Positions 26,216-39,000 of a stretch of DNA of 64,000 nt are shown piece by piece (within the stretch, counting starts at the first letter, position 1; each line of letters begins with the position of its first letter). The notes beneath the pieces were generated by a model that was given only the letters and a program-made list of their open reading frames with translations, was not told the DNA's origin and searched no databases. The position numbers and the translations under genes were made by a program. Source of the stretch: Octopus sinensis (lineage: Eukaryota); the NCBI RefSeq assembly GCF_006345805.1, contig NC_043025.1, positions 14,322,001 through 14,386,000 on the forward strand, given 5' to 3'.

Positions 26216-26263
<48 letters not shown>

Positions 26264-26265
26264 TT

Positions 26266-26440
26266 ATGATCAAGAAGGGAACCGAAAATTATATGAGAAT
26301 GATCCCTGGCTTACCATCCCTGCAAGAAGTGCAAAAGATTGTCTTAACTGGTACATCACACTTATTGAGAAGAGCATTGTCGATGTGAGAACTATTACTA
26401 CCCATATATTCTAATTTAACTTTAAAAAAAAGAAAACAAA
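26266..26440 (+). mobile_element. 5'-truncated R4/Dong-like LINE 3' end in an (AAT)n tract
   Basis: Reads MIKKGTENYMRMIPGLPSLQEVQKIVLTGTSHLLRRALSM*, directly after an (AAT)n microsatellite. Confidence 0.6.
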
Positions 26441-27885
26441 GAACGAACTAGTGAGTTTAGTTTAATGGCCTACCAATGTATACTATGAGTTTCTTTGCCC
26501 TAGGAGTCGGGAAAACACCCGACAAGAAATGGAAGCAAATTTGAAAGAAGAAGAAAAACCCATAAATAATAATAATAATCCTTTCTATTATAGGCACAAG
26601 GCCTGAATTTGGGGGAGGAAGACTGCCAATAACATTGACCCCAGTGTGTAACTGGTACTAATTTTATTGACACTGAAAGGATGAAAGGCAAAGTCAACCT
26701 CAGCAGAATTTGAACTCAGAACGTAACGACAGATGAAATACTGCTCAGCATTTTGCCCAGTGTGCTAACGATTCTGTCAGCTTGCCACTTTAAGAATAAT
26801 AATAATAACGATAATTAATTTTAACATAATTAAATTCCATGGTGGAGAAGAGGGGGGGGGAAAGCCATGTTTGACTATACCAACACCTACTTTTGCCCCT
26901 GGGATATGACTGGTATAACAGACAGGTCCAGACTCATCTGCATGGGTGAGTGTATGGGGTGGTGGGTGGTGGGGCTGGTTAAATTCTGAGAATGCAAAAA
27001 TGAAGAAAGGGGTCAGATTTAGTATAAAGGGCAAGGAGACCCTATTGTTCATCGGTCTGTCTGTTTGTCCACCTGTCCAACCATCTGCCTGCACGACACT
27101 TAATAAGATTCTACCCACAATCCAACCATGACGAACTACAACCGGACTTAATTGGTAAATTGTAGTTTCCATTAAACGAGGCCCCGAGACCCACGGAGAA
27201 TGGAAACCCTTGGATGTCACTTTGAGTGCATCTTCACATTGGTACCAAGCGTATTACTGGTACACAGCAACAGCAGTAAGTAGCAAGCAACAAAAAAAAA
27301 AATTTATTTAAAAAAAAAAATTGTTTGTTTTTTTTTCAATTTTTTTCTTTCTTTTTATCTTTTTATCTTTTCACCAAAAAACATTGGAGGGCAAAGGTCA
27401 GAGGCTCAAATCTTAAAACCGAAAAATTTTGAACTCAATACTGCAAAAAAAAAACAAACAAACAAAAGAAAAAAAACAACAACAACAAAAAATAAAAACA
27501 CAAACACAAAATAATAACAATGATAATAATAAAGTTTAGTGTGAATCTCTAGTACGTTGGTTCAATCTACCCGTCCGACCCCTAAACACTAACAACAACA
27601 ATAACAACAACAACACAGATGTCTATCATTTCTACAAAGGTTCGTAATATAGAGATTTGGGGTTTATCAAGGGGGGGGGGAGTTTTCGCAAAAAAATATC
27701 TGTACAGTTTCCTTTTTTTTTTGTAATTATATATATATATATTTAATTGTTTTTAAAAAGTTTTTTCTTCTTATTTTTCATTTTCATTTTTCTGCTGTTA
27801 ACTTTTGGGTGTGTGTGCACATGCACGAGCAATATATATATACATACATACATGTGCATACAAATATATATATATCAATATATAT

Positions 27886-27920
<35 letters not shown>

Positions 27921-28450
27921 GATTATATGCACATTCGCGGTGCCCCAGCATGGCCACAGCTCATGAGCTGAAACTAGAATCAATCAATCAATCAATCATT
28001 CAATATGTATATATGTGCATATATGTGTGTGTGTATATATATATCTATATATATACATATATATATTGATATGGCTTGCTCGCTTAGCCAGCGGGGTGGC
28101 GTCATTCGAAGGCTAAAACAATGCGAACGCATTGTGACCAGCGATGTGTAACAACATCTGATGGTCTGGTCGTAAAAAAAAAATATATATATATATATAT
28201 ATTGATATATATTTGTATGCATATGTGTGTGTATATATATATATGTTTGTATATGTATATATGTGTGTGTGTGTATATATATATATATGTATGTATATGT
28301 GTGTGTATATATATATATATGTATGTATATATGTGTGTGTGTGTATATATATATGTATGTATATATGTGTGTGAGAGTGTGTGTGCATAATGATCAAATA
28401 TATTGTGTCTGTATATGTGCTAATACACATATATCAGTTTCTATATACAA

Positions 28451-28481
<31 letters not shown>

Positions 28482-28713
28482 CCCACACATGCGCACACAC
28501 CCCTACATTCATTCGTATTCGAAATTTTGTTCTCTTTTCTGCCCCCTTCCCAGCCACCTCCCTTTATATTTACCATATTTAAATGCTCTTTTGAGCCCCC
28601 CCTCCATGCCCACCCCCCAGCAAAACAAAAATAAAAAAAAAACTGCCCCACCCACTAAAAAAAATACAACAACACAACATCAGTTTAATTTATGCAGCAA
28701 GAGATTTAAGCAA

Positions 28714-28753
<40 letters not shown>

Positions 28754-28955
28754 AAGGTAAAAATAAAAAATAACAAAAACAAACAACATTATAAACAGTG
28801 TATTGGACCAGGTTCAATCTCAGCTCAAAGCAGTTGGGGTTAACATGAAATATCTGAGGAGCGGGGCATGGGTGGATATTTTATTTTCAAAGCAGTTATG
28901 AAAAATGGAATGTATATATGTTGTATGTGTGCATAGGTGTATGTTTATATCTGTG

Positions 28956-29001
<46 letters not shown>

Positions 29002-29197
29002 CAAGAAAGAGAGAGGGAGGTGGTGATGGTGCTGTAGTTTGAAACTATGAGGAAAAAGGTGGGATATTGTTATATATTATATATATATAGGTGTGTGGTG
29101 TGTATATATATATATATATATACATATGTATATATATGTTTGCATGTCATTACCATTACAGGAATATGTGGTGCCTTTATGTGTGTGTACATCTATC

Positions 29198-29237
<40 letters not shown>

Positions 29238-29336
29238 ATATATATATATATATATAATATATATATATATATATAAATACATCTGTTTGTTTTGTAACCC
29301 ACCTGTCTTCATCTTTGTTTTTTTCGTAAACTTTCC

Positions 29337-29409
<73 letters not shown>

Positions 29410-29701
29410 GCTTTTCTTTCCATGGATAAACCCTATCTGCTTCCCTCTTTACACTTACATCACGACATTTCTGTGATACACGATCCCTATTGATCGTTTC
29501 TTTTTTTTTCTCTTTCCTTTTTACGATCCCTTTTGATCGAAAACCTACCCCACTTTTTTTTACTCTCTCTCCCCAAAAACAAAAGCTCTACTTTGTAATT
29601 TGTCCCGTCTGTGTTCAGCCCTGTGTGGCTAATAAAGAAACATATATATATATATGTGTGTGTGCTGACCAACACTGTATTTTTATCTTCATTAATAAAG
29701 G

Positions 29702-29793
29702 GGCTGTTAGCCTCTGGCCAGCAGGCCTGATGAGTCCCCTATATTACTGAGAGTGATAATAGGCCTGAAACCAATGGTACTTCCAGACCAGCC
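29702..29793 (+). ncRNA. Degenerate type I hammerhead-ribozyme-like motif (Penelope-type)
   Basis: CTGATGA (29727-33), a ~10-bp stem II, TGAAA, minimal stem III ACC-aat-GGT and a GTA cleavage triplet. Stem I is imperfect. Confidence 0.45.
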
Positions 29794-30863
29794 ACAACCA
29801 TTATATATATATATATGTTCCAGGTTCAATCCCACTGCGTGGAACCTTGATTTTTACATTTTTCACATCTCTCAAACTCCGAAACGCGTATACAGTTAAT
29901 CAGAGCCAGGTGGATTTGTTTTTTTTCTCTCTTTACCTGCGTCAGTTGTAGAGCATTGCTGACTGGGAGATATCTTATGGTAGTGAAATGGTAGTTTAAC
30001 TGCTATTTCTAAATTTCAGTATGTGGTGAAGCAAATTTTTGCTGAACCCTAATTATAATTATACTCATAATTATAGAATTTTTGTTTAAGTTTACCGATA
30101 ATGGTTCTTTTAACATACCAAACTACTTGGTAAAATTATCAATTATTAATTAATTTTACACTTTATTATTATAGATAGATAGAGAGATGCTGCGTTGATT
30201 GTGAAATCACAGGTGATCTGGAGCTAAATTCTGTTTTTAAATGACTCGCTTCGAGAATTGCATTCTGTACGATTTGTTTATATTTGGTAGTTATGACTTT
30301 AAGAGTCCCTCCTAGCGTGCGGCATTTACGTGTAATAGTGCCCTCTATATAATATAAATAGATAAATAGATAGATAGATAGATACACACACACACATGCA
30401 CGAGAATATACACTCGTTACACAATCGATTAAGTTACAAGCCATTATTTTGTACAGCCAGCAGCAACCACCAAAACTATTCCACTGTTCCTCTCTCCTGG
30501 TTTTGTTCATGGCTATTCAGTGTTTGTGTGTGAAAGATATATATATACATTTATTTCTGTTTTGTACGAATGTGTAAATGAACACACGAACATATATATA
30601 GGTTTGTGTGAGTGTATATGTGTGTGTATATGTATATATGCATATATATATATATATATATATGTAAACAGCAGTGGTGTAATTCCCTTATAGGACTGTC
30701 ACGTTAAGTTGACAGTATACAACCACTCTATATATATATATATGTATGTATATATATATGGATCAAAACGATTTGCTTCAAATTTGTTGGTACTCTGGAT
30801 TTTCTAGACACTTCAAACTCAAGAGTACTAATGAATTTGATTTGATCCATATATATAATATGC

Positions 30864-30902
<39 letters not shown>

Positions 30903-32053
30903 AGAGAGATACATATATACACATATACACATGTATATCAGGGCAATTCCATAAAAACAAGATATCTAACAACAGTTGTCACACACACACACCACATTGT
31001 ATAATATATAAAAGTTGTGTATCTATGTGTATATATGTATGTATATACACACATAACATATATGTTCTATACACAGAAAATTAAAGATAATATGATTGAT
31101 TTAGCAGTAGTTTGTTCAATGTATGAGTAAAGATGCAAATTTGTATATATATATAAGTATATAAATACATATACAAGTTACTATGCACATACATGCATAC
31201 GTGTGTATATATATATATAAGAAAAAAAATGACAAAGGAAAAAATGATTACCCTATGAACTTCATTGGCTTACAGTCGTTTCTGCTATAGGATGCAATGA
31301 ACTCACAGTTGAGTGCTAGAAATTGCACTTCACACACTTACACATTCAAAGTTCTGATGAGGATATAAGGTATAGCTCAGGCACTCAACCAAGTGTCCAC
31401 TGTATCTCACAGCAGAAACACCCGTAGGCCAATGAATTGCATAAGATTATTGTTTTTCTTTTTGTCCTTGCTTTTTTTTCTTATTCTTGCTCTATACTTG
31501 TCTAACACTTTGTTCTGAAGCACATGTATGGTGTGTTCTGCAAAAACATTATTAGCCTTGCAATGTCTGACCAAATTATTAAAGCATATATGTGTGTGTG
31601 TGTACACAAAGGATTTGGGAATGTGTTTTTAATGTGTGTGTGTGTGTGTATATATATATATAAATGAGTATGTATGTGTGTGTGTGTGTGTGTTTATATA
31701 TAACACCAGGAATGTGTGTGTGTAAATGCATATATGTAATTACACATTCGTTAAGTTACAAAATAATAAAATGTAAACAAAAGCATAACAAAAAAGAAAA
31801 AGAATAATGCAACATGTGAAAGCATGAACTGAAAGACTAAAGAAAATGTACAAAAGATCATCAGGTGATGTTGTGGCTAGCATCATCTTCAGTTGAGTGA
31901 AGAGACGGAAGCTGTCAATATGTTTTTGTGTGTATATATATATATATATAAGATAATAAATAGTATGTCTATGTATATACATGTATACTGATCTGTAAAT
32001 ATATACATATATATATATATAACATATTATATGCATATATACACACCATACAT

Positions 32054-32105
<52 letters not shown>

Positions 32106-32195
32106 TTGCACATACATATTTGGGTTTACAAATAAGGGAAATGCATGCAAAACTTGAATGAGTATTTTTTCTTTTGTTTGTACACAACCCAAACT

Positions 32196-32227
<32 letters not shown>

Positions 32228-32463
32228 CATTTACATGCAATAGTAAATAGACACCCTGCATTATGCCGTTGCATCAGTGGCAATCATCATTGCCTGGTGC
32301 TCTGATCTCAATCTATTATGCTCCAAGACACCATGTCTGTTAAATATGAAATTAATTACTTAACAACATTATTTTCTTTCTAGAAATAAATCTTTCAAAA
32401 ATGATGGCATCTATTCACTTTTGCAACGTCTGTTTTTTATGTATATATCTATCATTTATATAT

Positions 32464-32510
<47 letters not shown>

Positions 32511-32544
32511 ATATATAATATATATAAAACTGTTTGATCTATAC

Positions 32545-32579
<35 letters not shown>

Positions 32580-32659
32580 GGATCAAGCAGTTTGTTTCAA
32601 ATTCCTTGGTACTTCAAGTTTCAAGTGTGACGTTTGTCTTCAGTCACTGGAATTAGAAT

Positions 32660-32702
<43 letters not shown>

Positions 32703-33036
32703 CACACACACACACACATATTTATATATGCATGTGTATGAGTGTGTATATAGATATGAGGGAAGGGAAAAACGAAATAGAATTTAGGGGACAAGTTTGA
32801 CATCACAGCAAGAAAGGTGGATTAAGAGGCAGGGGTCAGTAGAAAAGAAAAGGAAAAAAATGGGTTACAAGGAGGGGAAAAAAAAGGGGTCAAGAATGAA
32901 ATATGAGTATCCAATATAACATTGAGGAGAGGAGGAGGAGGAGGCCAGAGGGGGAGGAAGAGGAGGAGGAGGAGAAGGGGGTGTCTGTTGGGAAACAGGT
33001 GGGGGGTGGGATCACAACAGGATTGGTGGGTTACTG

Positions 33037-33125
33037 CTATTTGTTCTCAATCAAGGTTTGTATCCGTAGGACGAGTTCTCTGGCAATTTTGAGAACCTGT
33101 CGAGCGTTGTGGCGTTCAGCCATTT
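33037..33125 (-). CDS. SGSM1/2: SGSM last coding exon ([29 protein letters not shown])
   Basis: 89 coding nt, phase 1 start, TAG stop. Confidence 0.95.
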
Positions 33126-33702
33126 CTGTGGGAAGAAACAAAAGAAAAAGAAAGTTTCGAAAATTATTTCAGGAAATTTTTTTTGATTAATTAATTAATT
33201 ATGTCTTTTTTTTTTTTTAAATTGTGTTTATTATGGCCAATTATCCCATTTGTACTAAGACAAGTCTCTCTGTCCTTCTATCATATTCCAACCTCTCACC
33301 GGGCACATGGTCATTTCTTCTCAGACCCCCTCCTCTCCTCTCAGAGGTCATTGTTTTGCAAGCTACTTGGCGACCCTGTGGGCACTGGTGCCACATAAAA
33401 CAGCACCAGTGCTGGCATCAATGTCACCATTATCTCTTATATATATATATATTTTTTTCTTTTCCGACCAGACCATCAGATGTTGTTACACATCGCTGGT
33501 CACAATGCGTTCGCATTGTTTTAGCCTTCGAATGACACCACCCCGCTGGCTAAGCGAGCAGGCCAACAGAGTTAATGCGGGAGCCTCGTGGAGCTTTTAG
33601 GTGTTTTCGCTCAATAAACACTCACAACGCCCGGTCTGGGAATCGAAACCGCAATCCTGCGACCGCGAGTTCGCTGCCCTAACCACTAGGTCATTGCGCC
33701 TC

Positions 33703-33740
<38 letters not shown>

Positions 33741-35080
33741 TACACGACTGGCTTCTTTCAATTTCTTGCTACCAAATCCACTCACAAGGCTTTGGTTGGT
33801 CTGACGCTACAGCAGAAGACACTTGCCCAAGGCGCCACGTCAAATGGATAGGGGGTCCATCTGAGTATAAGAGAAATCAAAGGGGTCCATAGGTAAAAAC
33901 TGGCTGAGAATCTCTGAGATAAAGTATAGACACACATTGCACTTGACCACATTAACTCTATTCTGATTGGCTGGTTGCAAGGAGGCCTTTTATTGGCTTG
34001 TAAACTATTTGCGGTCTGACATCAAACTATTTGCTAGAAAATTTGACGTTACTTTGTGGAGGGAAGAAAAAGACTCACCATTGAAGAATTTGATAATATC
34101 TGTAAAGTCCATGTTGTTGTCGAGAATGATGTCTCGATAGTATTCGACCAAGGCCAAAGCAATGAACAGGACAAAATGAGCTGAACTGATGTGCTTAGCT
34201 GCCCAAATTGTTTCCCACACGGAGAACACATCTTCATAGACCAACTCTGAAACAGTTGCAGAATATATCGTTAATAAACACAAGGAAAATGCTTAAAACT
34301 GGTTTTATAATTAACATAGGAGTGGAACATTTAAAAAATATATTTATTTCTTTATTGCCCACAAGGGGCTAAACATAGAGGGGACAAACAAGGACAGACA
34401 AAGGGATTAAGTCGATTACATCGACCCCAGTGTGTAACTGGTATTTATTTAATCGACCCCAAAAGGATGAAAGGCAAAGTCTACCTCAGCGGAATTTGAA
34501 CTCAGAACGTAACGGCAGACGAAATACCGCTAAGCATTTCGCCCGGTGTGCTAACGATTCTGCCAACGCCGCCTTATTAAAAAAATATATTGATTATATA
34601 ATTAACACAGGTGAGGCATTTAAAAATATACTGGTTTTATAATTAACATGGGGGGGGGGGTTATTAAAAAAAAATATTGTTTATATAATTAACACGTAAC
34701 AGAATGATGAAAAGCAGAATTGACTACAGATGGGATTTGAACTCAGTATGTACGAGTAATGGGCCATAATGTTAATAGCACCAAGTTTGATGCTATAAGA
34801 AGTTTACTTAGATAGAGAGAGATGGATGGATGGATGGTTAGATAGATGGATAAATAGACAGACAAACAGACAGAAGTCACTTGGTCTTCTGTAAGACTCT
34901 CCACATAATTTTCTTTATTTCAAGGCAAATATGATTAAGAGGTTGAATAGAGGAGAGAGACTCTGGGGGTTGTGGTGAAGGGAGTAATGAGAGAGAGACA
35001 GTAATAGGGAGCTTTATGAGGGCTGTTGGGGAAGAGGTTGCAGTGCAATGGGTTGGGGTAGTAATAAAGATGAGTGATGG

Positions 35081-35112
<32 letters not shown>

Positions 35113-35638
35113 CAGGTGTCAACAACGAGCCACATGGAGGGGTGGAATAGAGAGAGAGAGAGAGAGAGAGATAGAGTAATGGCTTGAATGGATTATATAA
35201 GAGATAAGAAACTGAGCTGAATAGCTACATGAGGGTTGTTGGTAATGAGGTTGGATAGAACAAGAGTACGTGCAGCATGATGACAGCTGAAGGGAAAGGA
35301 TGAGTGAAGGGAAAGGAGGCAGAATAGATGTCAACGAAGCATCACATGAAGATGCGGGTGGGTGGGTGGGTGGAGAGAGAGAAAGAGGGTGATTGCGAGT
35401 GAGATGAGAAACTGACCTCGTTTAAAGTCCAGCAGGAACCATCTGTAGCAGAAATAGAAGTGGGTGTAGTCACCGTTCTGATGCATGTGTTCAAACAGCT
35501 CGCAATCCAAGATCTACGGAGAAAGACATCGAGAAGACGGCATCAATATTGATGTTGTTGTTGCTGCTGCTGCACCACCACCACCACTAAGCCCATTGTA
35601 TATATATATATATATATATGTATATTATATGTATATAT

Positions 35639-35682
<44 letters not shown>

Positions 35683-35826
35683 TTATTATACATATACATA
35701 TATATATATATATATATAATATAAATCATTACATATAATATATATATATATAATACATATATATATATAATATATTATATATATGTAATATATATATAAT
35801 ATTATATAGTATATGTATATATATAT

Positions 35827-35858
<32 letters not shown>

Positions 35859-35891
35859 TATGTATATGTATATATATATATTATATATGTA

Positions 35892-35928
<37 letters not shown>

Positions 35929-35980
35929 TATATATTTATATGTATATAATATATATTATATATATCTGTATCGTATATAT

Positions 35981-36013
<33 letters not shown>

Positions 36014-36035
36014 TATATCTATATATGTATATAAA

Positions 36036-36067
<32 letters not shown>

Positions 36068-39000
36068 CTATATATACTATACATATATATATATTTATAT
36101 AGTATATATATATTGTATGTGTGTGTGTGTGTATGTTGTGTGTCTGTGTTTGTCCCTCCAACATCGCTTGACAACCGATGCTGGTGTGTTTACGTCCCCG
36201 TAACTTAGCAGTTCGGCAATAGAGACCGATAGAATAAATACTAAGCTTACAAAGAATAAGTCCTGGGGTCGATTTGTTTGACTAAAGGCGGTGCTCCAGC
36301 ATGGCCGCAGTCAAATGACTGACACAAGTAAAAGAGTAAATATATATATATATAATTGAAATCGATCAATGGAAATTGCAGATGTGTTACCAGTGCTGGT
36401 GGCATGTAAGAGAACCATCCATTCGTGACCATTGCCAGCACCGCCCCGACTGGCCTCGTGCCGGTGGCACGTAAAAAGCACCATCCGTTCGTGTCCATTG
36501 CCAGCCTCGCCTGGCCCCTGTGCCGGTGGCACATAAAAAGCACCATCCGTTCGTGGCTGTTTGCCAGCTCTGTCTGGCACCTGTGCGGGTGGCACGTAAA
36601 AAGCACCCACTACACTCACGGAGTGGTTGGCGTTAGGAAGGGCATCCAGCCGTAGAAACACTGCCAGATCTGACTAGGCCTGATGAAGCCTTCCGGCTTC
36701 CCAGACCCCAGTTGAACCATCCAACCCATGCTAGCATAGAAAGCGGACACTAAATGATGATGATGATGATGAGATATATATAATATATATATAATATATA
36801 TATAATATATATATATATACGTATATATATATATATATATATATAAGTACAAAGTGAGATAGGGGTTATGAGTGTAACCCACTATGGGATATCATTTATC
36901 CAATATACTGGCAATAAAGTACCCAGAAAGCCTAATGTATATTGTTTTATTCTGTTGTGATTGGATGTTCGTATTTAATCTAAATAATTAGTTAATAAAT
37001 TATATGAATTGGTATTTTCTGGAAGTTGATGATTGAAAGAAATCTATTCCTCCATTTTCTTATTTTGTGTGTATATATATATATATTATATATACACACG
37101 CACACACGTGTGAGTGTTTAGGTTAAAGTTGGTTTCTCACCACTGCTTGACAAACGGTGTTGGTGTGTTTATGTCCCCACAATTTAGTTGTTCAGCAAAA
37201 GAAATTAATAGAATAAATACCAGTTTAATAAAAAAAAAATAAACGATAATTACTGGTGTCCATTCATTCAACTAAAACCTCTTCGTGATGGTGCCCCAGC
37301 ATGGCCACAGTCTTATGACTGAGACAAGTGAAAGACGAAAGATAAAAGATAAAGACGTGACAAACCTGAATGAGGGAACGCATATTAGCAAAATGATTGT
37401 CCATAGCGCCACCATGTGGGAAATTACAGGCCATTCTCTTCATTAATTCGCAAAAACAGCTGTAGGTTAATGCCTCTGCGGAAAAATATAGGGGAGAGTC
37501 AATGGATTAGCGATTGGGAATTGAGGATGGGGTCTAAAGGGTCAGGGTGGAGTGTGTGTGTGTAAGAGAGATATGTTTCTTTATTACCCACAAGGGGCTA
37601 AACACAGAGGGGACAAACAAGGACAGAAAAACGGATTAAGTCGATTACATCGCCCCCAGTGCGTAACTGGTACTGAATTTATCGACCTCCAAAGGATGAA
37701 AGGCAAAGTCGACCTCGGTGGAATTTGAACTCAGAACGTAACGGCAGACGAAATACCGCTAAGCATTTTGCCCGGCGTGCTAACGTTTCTGCCAGCTCGT
37801 CGCCTGCCCAGAAGTAGTATCGGTAGATCGAACACAGAGACACAGACAGAGCGCGGTCGATGCTATGTTGATGGAACGAACTCACAGACACAGAGATGTC
37901 ATCTTTATAGCATAGATACGCAGGCTTTGATCAAATCAACGGGACGGACACACAGACACAGACGTGGAGTACAGATACATACACACATGTAATCACACAC
38001 ATTATTTTCTACTCTAGGCACAAGGCCCGAAATTTGGGAGGAGGGGGCCAGTCGATTAGATCGACTCCAGTATGCAACTGGTACTTAATTTATCGACCCC
38101 GAAAGGATGAAAGGCAATGTTGACCTCGGCGGAATTTGAACTCAGAACGTAAAAACAGACGGAATACCGCTAAGCATTCTGCCCGGCTGCTAACATTTCT
38201 GCCAGCTTGTCGCCTGATGGTCCTTGTTTCTCTGAAGGATGAACAACATTATATAAAGCATATTAGGGCCTGCCTGTGCATAATGTGAAGACTGGGTTTG
38301 TCAAACCCTGCGGAAGAAGCTTTCAAATTTCAACAAACAGGAAGGCAAGATGAGGGAAGCAAAACACGTTGGTCCCCCACTGCTTCTGTCCCCGTCTGCA
38401 GCCATCTTGACCTGGTCTTGCCACTGGATTGGGGATGGCGGCTTTACTTCAAACAAAGTCACCGGTCATCCATAAGGATAACTGGCCGGCCCTCGTCACT
38501 CCGACAGATGAACAGGGTAATCTATATATATATAAACGGCAGTTTGTCTGTCTGTGTGTCTGTCAGGTTGTACCCTCACCCTGGCCACGGCTTTCAACCA
38601 ATTCTGATGAAACTTGACACACACGTAGCCCAATGTCATAATTCAAAACTAACACAGCGAAAATTTTGAAAAGTTCCCCCAGTACTGAAAGAATCGATAA
38701 ATTCGACATGGGGTCGAGAATCTAAGCTTTTTATATGCAACACATTTTCTGTCTAGGGGACACAACTCGACCTTTTTATCGCCCAAAGGGACAGCTAGGA
38801 ACATCGTATACACAGAAGTATTCGAGTGAAGAGAAGACATTGCAACCTACACATGCGCCTTCGTTCCCTAGAGGGAAAGGACTAGATTGGGATTAGCCGT
38901 TGCCTACTAGGGGCTCTTACATACCCGGGCAACGCCGGGCTATGCTGCTAGTTCCTAATAAGAACTGAGTCAGACCATAGTGGTCAGCCAGCCGCACCTA

